The translations under genes were made by a program, and so were the position numbers. Under the pieces are notes generated by a model. It ran no database searches and was not told the DNA's origin. It saw only the letters and a program-made list of their open reading frames with translations. Shown here piece after piece: positions 18,179 to 27,999 of a stretch of DNA of 32,239 nt; within the stretch, counting starts at the first letter, position 1, and each line of letters starts with the position of its first letter. Location of the stretch: assembly GCA_050485205.1 (NCBI GenBank), contig JBJHAY010000001.1, forward strand, positions 1 to 32,239, read 5' to 3'. The DNA is from Gammaproteobacteria bacterium (GTDB lineage: Bacteria; Pseudomonadota; Gammaproteobacteria; Pseudomonadales; Pseudohongiellaceae).

Positions 18179-19161
18179 GAGGATGCATCCTTGGTAGTGT
18201 GGCCGCTGTTGCGATGGAGATGAAGCGCCGCCCCCAGCAGCCCGGGATTGGGGTGGGTGATGACATAGGTGGGGATTCTGGCGTTATAGGCTTGATAGCG
18301 CCCCTTGGCCTCGAAGCGGGATCGGAAATCACTTGCTGCCAGGAAATCCAAAAAGCGAGGTGCCATTCCTCCCGCAATATAGACGCCACCAAAAGTCGCC
18401 ATGGTCAGCGCCAGGTTGCCGGCAAATCCACCAAGAATGGCGCAGAAACGACGCAGCACTTTTGCACAAAAAGTATCACCCCGCAGAGCGGCATGGGTGA
18501 TCTGGGATGCTTGCATCGGTTGGACTTCATATGCCATCAAGGTTGCCATGATCCGGTGCAAGGATTCCAGTCCAGGGCCTGATAGCAGACGCTCCACTGA
18601 CACATGGTCGCCATGCAGGTGGCGCAGACTCGACAGTATTTGGGCTTCGATCTCGTCCATCGGCGCGAAGTCCACATGTCCGCCTTCGCCAGCCAGTGTC
18701 AGCCAGCCCTGTTGCGTGGGCAGGAGATGGGCAACACCAAGGCCGGTGCCGGGACCACAAACGGCGATGGGCTTGTCTGGTTGTGCCTGACCCCCGCCGA
18801 TTTGATGGCGGTCGGCCGCGGCCAGGCTGGGAATGCCCAGTGCGATCGCTTCAAAGTCATTGATGAAGCATACATGGCGTAGACCGCAGCGTTGGCGCAG
18901 CGAGTCCTTGCTGAAGCGCCATGCAAGGTTGGTCATGCTGATTTCCGATCCGCTCACCGGCGCGGCAATGGCCAGACAGGCATCGGCGGCCTTGATGCCT
19001 TGTTCACCCATGAAAGCCAGGATCAAGTCCTCCAGACAGTTGTGCCCATGGGTTGCAAAAGTATGGACTGGTCCTGGCCTGCCGTCGCTTGTCAGACACA
19101 AGCGGACATTGGTGCCGCCAATGTCGGCGGCAAGACCAGGGATGGGCGAGGGCGTAATCAT
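18175..19161 (-). CDS. glk: Glucokinase
   Basis: LAADIGGTNVRL ATP-binding motif and GPGTGLGVA; length about 328 aa. ATG at 19161 (MITPSP..). The ORF-track TTG at 19170 would overlap the edd stop by 4 nt. Confidence 0.9.
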   Translation of the reverse strand: MITPSPIPGLAADIGGTNVRLCLTSDGRPGPVHTFATHGHNCLEDLILAFMGEQGIKAADACLAIAAPVSGSEISMTNLAWRFSKDSLRQRCGLRHVCFINDFEAIALGIPSLAAADRHQIGGGQAQPDKPIAVCGPGTGLGVAHLLPTQQGWLTLAGEGGHVDFAPMDEIEAQILSSLRHLHGDHVSVERLLSGPGLESLHRIMATLMAYEVQPMQASQITHAALRGDTFCAKVLRRFCAILGGFAGNLALTMATFGGVYIAGGMAPRFLDFLAASDFRSRFEAKGRYQAYNARIPTYVITHPNPGLLGAALHLHRNSGHTTKDASS

Positions 19162-19166
19162 GGTGT

Positions 19167-20975
19167 TCAAAACAGCGAGCAGGCGCCATCGGCGGCACTG
19201 CCCAGGTTGGCGCGCATGTTGCCGAAAAGTTCGCGTCCCATGCCCACGTGCTGGTGTGACAGGTCATAATGCGCGGGTGATCGCGCCGCCAATTCCTGAG
19301 GGTCAACCTTCAGTTCCAATATGCCCTCAACTGCATCGAGCAGTATCAGGTCGCCCTCCCGGATGCGGGCAATGGGGCCATTGTCTACCGCTTCCGGAGA
19401 CAGGTGAATGGCCGCCGGGACATTGCCGGAGGCGCCGGACATGCGGCCATCTGTGACCAGGGCAACCCGGTAGCCACGATCCTGCAACACACTGAGGGGC
19501 GGCGTCAGTTTGTGCAACTCAGGCATGCCTCTGGCGCGTGGTCCCTGGAAGCGAACCACTACCACGCAGTCGCGGTCCAGTTCGCCACTGGCGAAAGCCG
19601 CGGCGAGTTCATGCTGATCATCAAACACCACTGCCGGGGCCTCGATCCTCAGGCGGTCAGTCATGACAGAGGAGGTCTTGATCACGGCGGTGCCAAGATT
19701 GCCTTTGAGGACATTGAGACCACCATGATCGTCAAAGGGCTTGGCAATGGGGGCCAGCACAGCCTCGTCACTACTGTGGCTGGGGCCTGCTTGCCAGGTC
19801 AATCCAGTGTCTGAGAGCGTGGGGACCGTGAGATATGGGTCCAGGCCCTTGCCGCAGATGGTATCCACGTCGTGGTGCAGGAGACCGGCGTTCAACAACT
19901 CACGCATCAGCAAGGCCATGCCGCCTGCCGCCTGGAAGTGATTGATGTCGGCTTGGCCATTGGGATAGATGCGAGTCAGCAGGGGTACCAACTCGGAAAG
20001 GGCCGCGAAGTCGTCCCAGGTAATGTGAATGCCCGCCGCTCTTGCCACGGCTATCAGGTGAATGGTGAGATTGGTGGATCCGCCAGTGGCAAGCAGGCCT
20101 ACCATGCCATTGACGATCGAGCGTTCATCTATCATCCGGCCCATGGGCAGGTAGTTCCCTGATTGCTTGGTGAGCCGGGTTACCTGCCTGGCTGCTGCCT
20201 CGGTGAGGGCATCCCGCAGTGGTGTGTTGGGGTTGACGAAGGAGGCACCAGGCAGATGCAGGCCCATCATTTCCACCACCAGTTGATTGGAATTGGCGGT
20301 GCCGTAAAAAGTGCAGGTGCCCGGGGAGTGGTAGGACTGGGCCTCGGCTTCCAGCAGCGCCGCCTTGTCGGCCTTGCCTTCCGCGTGAAGTTTGCGGATG
20401 CGGGCTTTTTCCTTGTTGGGGAGGCCAGAAGGCATGGGGCCGGCAGGCACGAAGACCACTGGCAGATGACCGAAAGCCAGTGCGCCGATCAGCATTCCTG
20501 GCACGATCTTGTCACAGATTCCCAGCATCAGAGCCCCATCGAAAAGATTGTGGCTGAGGGCGACCGCGCTTGCCAGTGCAATGGTGTCACGGCTCATCAG
20601 GCTTAGATCCATGCCTGGCTGGCCTTGGGTGACGCCATCGCACATGGCCGGCACGCCGCCGGCAAACTGGGCCACGCCACCGGTTGCGGCAATGGCACGG
20701 CGGATCAGATCCGGAAAATTCTTGTAGGGTTGATGGGCGGAGAGAATGTCGTTGTAAGCGGAAACAATGGCGATATTGCTGTCGGTCAGGGAACGCAGGC
20801 GGCGCTTGTCAGTTTCCTGGCAGGCGGCGAAGCCATGGGCCAGGTTGCCACAGGAGAGCGCCGCCCGGTGCACGCCCTCGCTGCCCGCGGCATCTATTTT
20901 TTGCAGGTAGGCTGCGCGGCTGGCGCGGCTCCTGTCGATGATGCGCTGGGTGATCGCTTGGATCTTGCTGTGCAT
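19167..20975 (-). CDS. edd: Phosphogluconate dehydratase
   Basis: IlvD/Edd family ([20 protein letters not shown] tail). The ATG at 20975 ([16 protein letters not shown]..) has AGGAGA 7 nt upstream and gives 602 aa. The 671-aa ORF-track version extends into the pgl 3' end and is not credible. Confidence 0.93.
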   Translation of the reverse strand: MHSKIQAITQRIIDRSRASRAAYLQKIDAAGSEGVHRAALSCGNLAHGFAACQETDKRRLRSLTDSNIAIVSAYNDILSAHQPYKNFPDLIRRAIAATGGVAQFAGGVPAMCDGVTQGQPGMDLSLMSRDTIALASAVALSHNLFDGALMLGICDKIVPGMLIGALAFGHLPVVFVPAGPMPSGLPNKEKARIRKLHAEGKADKAALLEAEAQSYHSPGTCTFYGTANSNQLVVEMMGLHLPGASFVNPNTPLRDALTEAAARQVTRLTKQSGNYLPMGRMIDERSIVNGMVGLLATGGSTNLTIHLIAVARAAGIHITWDDFAALSELVPLLTRIYPNGQADINHFQAAGGMALLMRELLNAGLLHHDVDTICGKGLDPYLTVPTLSDTGLTWQAGPSHSSDEAVLAPIAKPFDDHGGLNVLKGNLGTAVIKTSSVMTDRLRIEAPAVVFDDQHELAAAFASGELDRDCVVVVRFQGPRARGMPELHKLTPPLSVLQDRGYRVALVTDGRMSGASGNVPAAIHLSPEAVDNGPIARIREGDLILLDAVEGILELKVDPQELAARSPAHYDLSHQHVGMGRELFGNMRANLGSAADGACSLF

Positions 20976-20994
20976 GTGGTGATCTCCTGAGATT

Positions 20995-21705
20995 TCAACG
21001 GGCTGCCCAACAGACTTCCAGGTCCAGACTGGGATGATGCAAAAAAGCACGAACCGGCATTTCCAGTGTGTTGTCACCTTCCAATGCCCTGGCAATAACT
21101 TGCTTCTTGGTTTGTCCGGTGGCATGGAGAAAGACCTTGCGGCTTTGCAATAAAGCCTGCAAGGTGAAACTGATGCGATCATAGGGCGCCGTGGTTGGGC
21201 GTATCCGCATCAGTAGCGCGGGGTTGTCCATGGACATCGCCTGATAGATTTCGTCGGCGCAGGGGAATAAAGATGCGGTATGGCCATCTTCACCAAGACC
21301 CAGCGTGAGAACGTCGAAGGGAAAGGCGTCTGCTTGCAGCAGTCGAATGGATACATCCGCAAGAGAGTCAGCATTGGGTTCACCCTCGGGTCGGATGCTG
21401 TGATAGCGTGCGTCGGCTGCCGGACCTTGCAGCAGTGTATCCCGCAGCATGTGTTCGTTACTGTCTGAAGACTGGATGTCAGTCCAGCGCTCGTCCACCA
21501 GCACCACATTCACCTGCTGCCATGGCAGCTTGTGCGCTGCCAGCTTGATCAGCATTTCACGTGGAGTGCGGCCGCCCGAGACCGCCAGGTTGGCATGTCC
21601 CTTGGTGATGATGGCCTGTTCAAGGGCATGGGCAATGGTTGACGACAAGTAGTCGTCAATGGCACCGCTTGCGGGAAACTCGTGGATTGTCGCGGTCATG
21701 TTCAT
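20995..21705 (-). CDS. pgl: 6-phosphogluconolactonase
   Basis: 236-aa ORF with VSGGRTP, the LVDERW region and [13 protein letters not shown] motifs. The start overlaps the zwf stop (ATGA). Confidence 0.9.
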   Translation of the reverse strand: MNMTATIHEFPASGAIDDYLSSTIAHALEQAIITKGHANLAVSGGRTPREMLIKLAAHKLPWQQVNVVLVDERWTDIQSSDSNEHMLRDTLLQGPAADARYHSIRPEGEPNADSLADVSIRLLQADAFPFDVLTLGLGEDGHTASLFPCADEIYQAMSMDNPALLMRIRPTTAPYDRISFTLQALLQSRKVFLHATGQTKKQVIARALEGDNTLEMPVRAFLHHPSLDLEVCWAAR

Positions 21706-23174
21706 TCATCCCATTGTCTGTGATCCCTGGCAATCAGAGAAATTGAGGACGTTGGCCCCCATGATCCGGCGGGATAGGGGTCAGGCTTGGCTCCTCCCTT
21801 GCGCCAGGCGTTGATGATGTTGTCCACCCACATCCAGGCATGCTCGACTTCATCGCGGCGAACGAACAGGGCCTGGTTTCCTGCCATTACCGCCAGCAGA
21901 AGTCTTTCATAGGCATCCACGACCCTGGCGTCATTGGAGGTTTCGGAGAAACTCAGGTCAAGATTGTTTTTCTGGATTCTTGATATTTCCGTGATACCTG
22001 GCACTTTATTTACCATCTGTAACTCAATACCCTCGTTGGGCTGGAGCCGGATGGTAAGCTTGTTGGGTGGCAGGTCCATGTAGCTTTCACGGAAAATATT
22101 GTGGGGTTGGTGCCTGAAGTGTATGTTGATTTCACTATACTTGGCGGCCAGTCGCTTGCCTGTACGCAGATAGAAGGGTACTCCTGCCCAGCGCCAGTTA
22201 TCGATTTCGGCCTTGATGGCAACAAAGGTTTCGGTCTGGCTGCCAGGTTCCGCGCCATATTCTTCGAGATACCCAGGGACCGGCTTGCCCTTGATAAAGC
22301 CGCTGGTGTACTGACCTCTGACCACGTTGCGGCTGATATTTTCCCCAGTGATCGGCTTCAAAGCCTTCAGCACCTTGAGCTTTTCGCTGCGGATGGTTTC
22401 GGCGCACAGATCAAAGGGAGGCTCCATGGCCAGCAGGCAGAGAATCTGTAACAAGTGGTTCTGTACCATGTCCCGCAATTGCCCAGCCTTGTCGTAAAAT
22501 CCCCAGCGATTTTCTATGCCCACGCTTTCAGCCACGGTGATCTGCACGTGGTCTATGCATTTGTGATCCCAGTTGGTGGTAAATAGTGAGTTGGCGAAGC
22601 GCAATACCAACAGGTTGAGCACGGTTTCCTTGCCAAGGTAGTGATCGATGCGGTAAATCTGTTCTTCGCTGAAGTGGCGTGCCACGGTGTCGTTCACCAG
22701 GCGGGAGGAGCGCAAGCTGTCGCCAATGGGTTTCTCCAGCACGATACGGCTGCTTTCCCGGATCAGCCCCGCATGCTCCAGGCCATTGCAAATGTCGGTA
22801 TAAATGGCCGCTGGTGTAGCCAGGTAGTAGATGGCTGGCCTTTCCATGGGGGTCATGGCGGCATGCAGGTTGTTGTAATGGGTGGGCTCGGTAAAGTCGA
22901 TCTGGTGGTATTGCATGCGTGAAAGCAGCTTGGTCAGGATTCCTGGTTCAGGAGGTCGGGAATCGAACTCGGTGAGGCTGTCGGACACCATGTCCTGGAA
23001 GCTTTGGGAGGTATAGGGCGCTCTGGCGGCGCCGAATATCCTGGTGTCTTCATGCAGGAGACCCGCGTCTTCCAGATGATAAAGTGCTGGCAACAGCTTG
23101 CGGCGGGCGAGATCCCCGACAATGCCGAAAATAACCAGATCACAAGCCGAGGGTTGGTGTTCGATTGCATCCAT
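21702..23174 (-). CDS. zwf: Glucose-6-phosphate 1-dehydrogenase
   Basis: MDAIEHQPSACDLVIFGIVGDLARRKLLPALYHL parallels the E. coli Zwf N-terminus. RIDHYLGKE active-site motif is present. The ATG at 23174 (GAGG upstream) is preferred over 23195. Confidence 0.95.
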   Translation of the reverse strand: MDAIEHQPSACDLVIFGIVGDLARRKLLPALYHLEDAGLLHEDTRIFGAARAPYTSQSFQDMVSDSLTEFDSRPPEPGILTKLLSRMQYHQIDFTEPTHYNNLHAAMTPMERPAIYYLATPAAIYTDICNGLEHAGLIRESSRIVLEKPIGDSLRSSRLVNDTVARHFSEEQIYRIDHYLGKETVLNLLVLRFANSLFTTNWDHKCIDHVQITVAESVGIENRWGFYDKAGQLRDMVQNHLLQILCLLAMEPPFDLCAETIRSEKLKVLKALKPITGENISRNVVRGQYTSGFIKGKPVPGYLEEYGAEPGSQTETFVAIKAEIDNWRWAGVPFYLRTGKRLAAKYSEINIHFRHQPHNIFRESYMDLPPNKLTIRLQPNEGIELQMVNKVPGITEISRIQKNNLDLSFSETSNDARVVDAYERLLLAVMAGNQALFVRRDEVEHAWMWVDNIINAWRKGGAKPDPYPAGSWGPTSSISLIARDHRQWDE

Positions 23175-23207
23175 GGAATAACTACCTCTTACCATGTTGT
23201 CCTGGCC

Positions 23208-23236
23208 AGCATAAGACTTTCACTGGTGAGTATCAA
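23208..23236 (-). promoter_or_regulatory. Candidate sigma70 promoter of the zwf-pgl-edd-glk-eda operon
   Basis: Minus strand: TTGATA (23236-23231), 17-nt spacer, TATGCT (23213-23208), about 30 nt upstream of the zwf ATG at 23174. Sequence-only prediction. Confidence 0.3.
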
Positions 23237-23342
23237 TCACCGGATAGGTAGATGCCGGGCGGCTGTTGGTACTTGCAAGATTTCTTTATGCAATCTTCAT
23301 GATGCAAGCTTCGTGCTGGAACGCTCCGCAGCCATTACTGTC

Positions 23343-26300
23343 TCATTCTGCTCGAAAGCGAAGGTCCAGGGTATAGGGACGTTCGGGATGTGGTGGTTCG
23401 CGCTGAAACACCATGTTGCCCTGCAGATGTCCCATGGCGGCAAAGCGAGCCACGCGGCGTGCCTCGGCTTCGTTGGCATTGACAGGAAAGGTGTCATAGT
23501 TGCGGCCACCGGGGTGGGCCACATGATAGGTACATCCGCCCAATGAGCGCTGGTTGATCATGTCCACCACATCGAAGATGAGAGGCGTGTGAATGTCGAT
23601 GGTGGGATGCAGGGCGGAATAGGGAGCCCATGCCTTGTAACGCACACCACCGACGAACTCGCCCTCTCGGCCGGTAGCTTGCAGTGGAATCAGGCGGCCA
23701 TTGCAGGCAATGGCGAGACGGTTGCCGGTCATGCCCTGAACCTTGACTTGCAATCGCTCCACGGATGAGTCCACGTAACGCGAGGTGCCTTGTCCGCTGC
23801 TTTCCTCGCCAAGCACATGCCAGGGTTCTATGGCATGGTGCAGATCCAGTTGCAGGCCCGCCACATGGACACGGCCAATGTGGGGAAAGCGAAACTCCTG
23901 GAACGGTAAGAGCCAGTCGAGATCGAAGGCGTAGCCAGCCTCATTGAGATCACTTATCACCCAGCGCATGTCTTCCCAGATAAAGTGCGGCAGCATGAAA
24001 CGGTCATGTAATTGACTGCCCCAGCGAACGAAGGGACGTTTATATTCCTGTTTCCAGAACCATGCCACCAGACTGCGGAGCAATAACATCTGTACCGCGC
24101 TCATGCGCCAGTGTGGCGGCATTTCGAAGTTGCGGAACTCCACCAGGCCGAGTCGACCGGTGCTGCTGCCAGGGGCATAGAGCTTGTCGATGCAGAATTC
24201 AGCGCGGTGGGTATTGCCGGTTAGATCCACCAGAAAATTGCGCAGGGTGCGGTCTATCAACCAGGGTTGGGCGGATTCTCCCCGTGGCAGTTGTTGCAGG
24301 GCAATTTCCAGTTCATAAAGGTTGTCGTCTCGGGCCTCATCTACCCTGGGCGCCTGACTGGTGGGGCCAATAAATTGACCGGAGAACAGGTAGGAAAGAC
24401 TGGGATGATTCTGCCAGTAACGGATCATGCTGGCGAGCAAGTCTGGTCTGCGCAGGAAGGGGCTGTTGGCTGGATCCTGGGCACCAAGGGTGACATGGTT
24501 GCCGCCGCCGGTGCCGGTATGCTTGCCGTCGAGCATGAATTTTTCCGTGCCGAGGCGGCACTGACGGGCGTTTTCGTACAGAGGTTCAATGATGCCGAGC
24601 AGTTCATCCCAACTGGATGCGGGATGGACATTGACTTCTATCACGCCGGGGTCCGGTGTGATCATCAGTTTGCGCAGTCTGGAATCCCTGGGTGGTTCAT
24701 AGCCTTCGATGATGATGGCTTGATTCATGCTGGTAGCCACATTCTCCAGTGCGCCGAGCAATGCCAGGTACTGTTCCAGTTGCTTGAGAGGTGGCATGAA
24801 GACATGCAGCTTGTTCTGGCGCACTTCCACGCACAAGGCAGTGTGGATGATCTTGTGAACACTGACTTTTGCAGAAGCCTCAGTGCCTGAAAACCCGGTG
24901 GTGGCGGGGTAGGGTAGTTCCTCCACTTCGGAGAATGGGTCCTTGGGGAAGTCCAGCTCACTGGGATCATCCACTTGCCACGGGAGACTGGCAAGTATCC
25001 CGTATTGTCTCCTTCCGCTGACCAGGACAAAGGCAAGGCAAAACCCACCCGTGCGTTGAGGCCGCGATCGAACACTTTTCGCAGTCGTGCGCGTTCGCGG
25101 GGATCGTCCAGTTTATTGTCGGCAATTTTCACATTCTTGGGTAACTGACTTTCCCGGGTCAGGTAGAAGTCCTGATCTTCGTATCCTGGCACCACATAGC
25201 GGGTTTCCAGCCCCAACTCGGCACACAAGGCCTGCATGAATTGCTCAGCTGTCGCGGCATCGGCGCGGCTGGCGTCATCGGGAGTGGCCAGCAGGGAGGG
25301 GGAATGCCAGAGTGGCTTGGCATCGGTTCTCCAGTAAATTCCCAGAGCCCAGCGTGGCAGTGGTTCACCGGGGTACCACTTGCCTTGTCCATGGTGGATG
25401 AAGCCGCCAGGGGCAAAATGTTGCTTCAGAGCCAGCATCAGTTTCCCGGCGAGTCTGAATTTGTTCTCTCCCAGCGCGCCGGTATTCCACTCAAGGCCGT
25501 CCATGTCATCGATGGAGACAAAGGTCGGTTCTCCACCCATGGTCAAGGCGAGCCCACCGTCCCGCATTTCCTGATCCACTGATTTGCCCAGATCATTGAT
25601 GGATTGCCACTGGGACTCGGTATAGGGTTTGGTGACTCTTGGGTCTTCGTGAATGCGGGTGACCTTGTTGAAGTATTCGAATGTGACTTCAGTAATACTG
25701 GTGGCGCCGGTGATCGCGGCGGCGCTGACCGGATCCGGCGTGCAGGCCAGGGGGATGTGACCTTCGGCCGCGAACAGGCCTGATGTTGGGTCGAGCCCGA
25801 CCCAACCCGCACCAGGAATGAACACTTCAGTCCAGGCATGAAGATCGGTAAAGTCGGCTTCTGGGCCAGAGGGGCCATCAAGGGCCTTGACGTCGGCGGT
25901 CAACTGCACCAGATAGCCCGATACGAAACGCGCCGCCAATCCCAGGTGGCGCAATACTTGCACCATCAGCCAGGCTGAGTCCCGGCATGAACCGGACTTC
26001 AAGGCAAGGGTTTCCTCGCAGCTTTGGACGCCGGCTTCGAGGCGAATCAAATAGGCAACAGACTGTCGCAGTAGTTGGTTGATGTCGACCAGGAAATTGA
26101 TGGTGGGACGTTTGCGTCGATCCACCTGCTTGAGCAATTCCATCAGCAGCGGGCCTTTTTCCTTGATCTGCAGATAAGGCGCGAGGTCCTTGCGCAATTG
26201 CGGCTCGTAGCGAAAGGGAAATCTTTCAAACTTTTCTTCAAGAAAAAAATCGAAGGGATTGATCACCGTCATGTCGGCGATGACCTCAACGTCGAAAATT

Positions 26301-26524
26301 AGTTCTCGGGTTTTTTCCGGGAAGACAAGCCGTGCCAGATAGTTGGAGAATGGGTCTTGTTGCCAATTGATAAAGTGGTTTTCCGGTTGCACCTTGAGCG
26401 AGTAGGATTGGATAGGAGTGCGGCAGTGCGGTGCTGGACGGAGTCTAACGACATGTGGCATGATGGCCGTCAATCTGTCAAAGCGGTAAGCAGTGTGGTG
26501 ATGAATGGCTACCTTGATTGTCAT
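23343..26524 (-). pseudogene. Large transglutaminase-family protein (Bact_transglu_N + transglutaminase core + DUF2126-type C-terminal region), interrupted by a frameshift
   Basis: Two overlapping ORFs in different frames: 24725..26524 (599 aa) and 23343..24974 (543 aa). The N-fragment has a typical start (MTIKVAIHHHTAYRFDR), the catalytic Cys context SGSCRDSAWLMVQVLR and the His/Asp context DLHAWTEVFIPGAGWVGLDPTSG. After about ..LSWSAEGDNTG its translation turns into low-complexity nonsense. The other frame then reads protein-like ILASLPWQVDDPSELDFPKDPF... and continues to the stop at 23343. The frame change maps to about 24980-25005. Confidence 0.8.
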
Positions 26525-26548
26525 GTCCTGTCTCAGTCCTGATACGCT

Positions 26549-27997
26549 ATGAGTATTGATTGGAAATCATACCACCCCGGCGAGTTTTATGACGAGCTAA
26601 TTAGTTCCCCCGGACACCCAAGAAAAATTGCGCGTGTCCTCACCAAGTATCTCTCTTCCCTCTCCCAGGAGGAATTGAAGCATCGCAAGGCATCGGTGGA
26701 ATTGGCCATCAAGGCCATGGGTATTACGTTCACAGTTTATAGCGAGGCCGGCAATATCGATCGCGAGTGGCCTTTCGATATCATTCCCAGAATCATCGCG
26801 GAAAAAGAGTGGCAAGTGGCGAGCAAGGGTTTGGAGCAGCGGCTGCGAGCCCTCAATTGTTTCATCCATGATGTCTACAACAAGGGGCTGATTCTCAAGA
26901 ACAAGGTTGTGCCCAGGGAACTGATTGAGGATTCTGCAAACTTCCGCAGGGAGTGCGTGGGCATGAGCCCGATCCATGAAGTCTGGGCGCATGTCTGTGG
27001 TTCCGATCTTATCCGCGACAAGGATGGGCGTTTCTATGTGCTGGAGGACAATCTTCGGGTTCCCTCTGGCGTGTCCTACATGTTGGAGAATCGCACCATT
27101 ACCAAGCGTGTGTTCCCGGAATTGTTTGAAAACTACGACATCCAGCCAATCACTGAATATCCAGGTCAGTTATTCGACACACTGGCAGCCATCTCGCCAC
27201 GACCGGTGGACTACCCCGAGGTAGTGGTGTTGACGCCGGGTATCTATAACTCGGCTTATTTCGAGCATTCTTTTCTGGCGCAGCAAATGGGTGCTGAACT
27301 GGTTCAGGGCAGTGATCTGGTGGTGGAGGATGACAAGGTTTTCATGAAAACCATCAATGGACTGTCTCCAGTTGATGTGATTTATCGACGTATCGATGAC
27401 CTCTATCTTGATCCCTTGGTTTTCAATCCTGATTCGACCCTGGGTGTTCCTGGTTTGATGCGTGCCTGGCTCAAGGGCAATGTTGGCTTGGCCAACGCAC
27501 CCGGCGCGGGGGTGGCCGATGACAAGGTCATCTATACCTATGTGCCGGCCATGATCAAGTATTATCTGGATGAAGAGCCGATTCTGCCCAATGTGCCCAG
27601 CTACATGTGCATCGACCCCCAGCAATGCAAGCATGTGTTGGCCAATCTGGACAAGTTGGTGGTGAAGCCGGCCAATGAGTCTGGTGGCTACGGCATGTTG
27701 ATGGGTCCCCAGGCCAGCAAGAAGGAACGCGCCGAGTTCGCGAAGAGAATCAAGGCGAACCCCAGAAATTACATGGCACAGCCGCTGATTTCCCTGTCCA
27801 CCTCACCAGTACTGACCGATCGTAGCGTGGAGCCCAGACATGTGGATCTGCGGCCGTTCATTCTGCAAGGGGCCCGCACCCATGTCACCGCGGGTGGACT
27901 GACAAGGGTGGCCATGGTGAAGGGCTCCTACGTGGTGAATTCCTCCCAGGGTGGAGGCAGCAAGGATACCTGGATCGTGTCGGAGGGGAGGCGCTAG
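26549..27997 (+). CDS. Circularly permuted type-2 ATP-grasp protein (putative amidoligase)
   Basis: 482-aa ORF with family-typical blocks (GITFTVYSEAGNIDREWPFDIIPRIIAEKEW, RVPSGVSYMLENR, NAPGAGVADDKVIY, VVKPANESGGYGMLMG, DLRPFIL). It lies immediately upstream of, and is translationally coupled to, an alpha-E gene. Confidence 0.88.
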   Translation: MSIDWKSYHPGEFYDELISSPGHPRKIARVLTKYLSSLSQEELKHRKASVELAIKAMGITFTVYSEAGNIDREWPFDIIPRIIAEKEWQVASKGLEQRLRALNCFIHDVYNKGLILKNKVVPRELIEDSANFRRECVGMSPIHEVWAHVCGSDLIRDKDGRFYVLEDNLRVPSGVSYMLENRTITKRVFPELFENYDIQPITEYPGQLFDTLAAISPRPVDYPEVVVLTPGIYNSAYFEHSFLAQQMGAELVQGSDLVVEDDKVFMKTINGLSPVDVIYRRIDDLYLDPLVFNPDSTLGVPGLMRAWLKGNVGLANAPGAGVADDKVIYTYVPAMIKYYLDEEPILPNVPSYMCIDPQQCKHVLANLDKLVVKPANESGGYGMLMGPQASKKERAEFAKRIKANPRNYMAQPLISLSTSPVLTDRSVEPRHVDLRPFILQGARTHVTAGGLTRVAMVKGSYVVNSSQGGGSKDTWIVSEGRR

Positions 27998-27999
27998 TC

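Noticed and set aside
20976-21182. 5' extensions of ORF-track calls: edd to 21182, bamD to 31569, glgC to 14613, malQ to 5512, zwf to 23195, glgX to 9982.
   Set aside because: Alignment by eye to well-known orthologue N-termini, RBS positions, the lipoprotein signal peptide (bamD) and overlap with neighbouring genes or hairpins all favour the internal start codons given in the feature list.
24975-25010. Programmed -1 ribosomal frameshifting as the explanation for the split transglutaminase gene.
   Set aside because: There is no slippery X XXY YYZ heptamer and no obvious downstream stimulatory structure at the frame junction. A mutation or sequencing error at a short homopolymer is more parsimonious.
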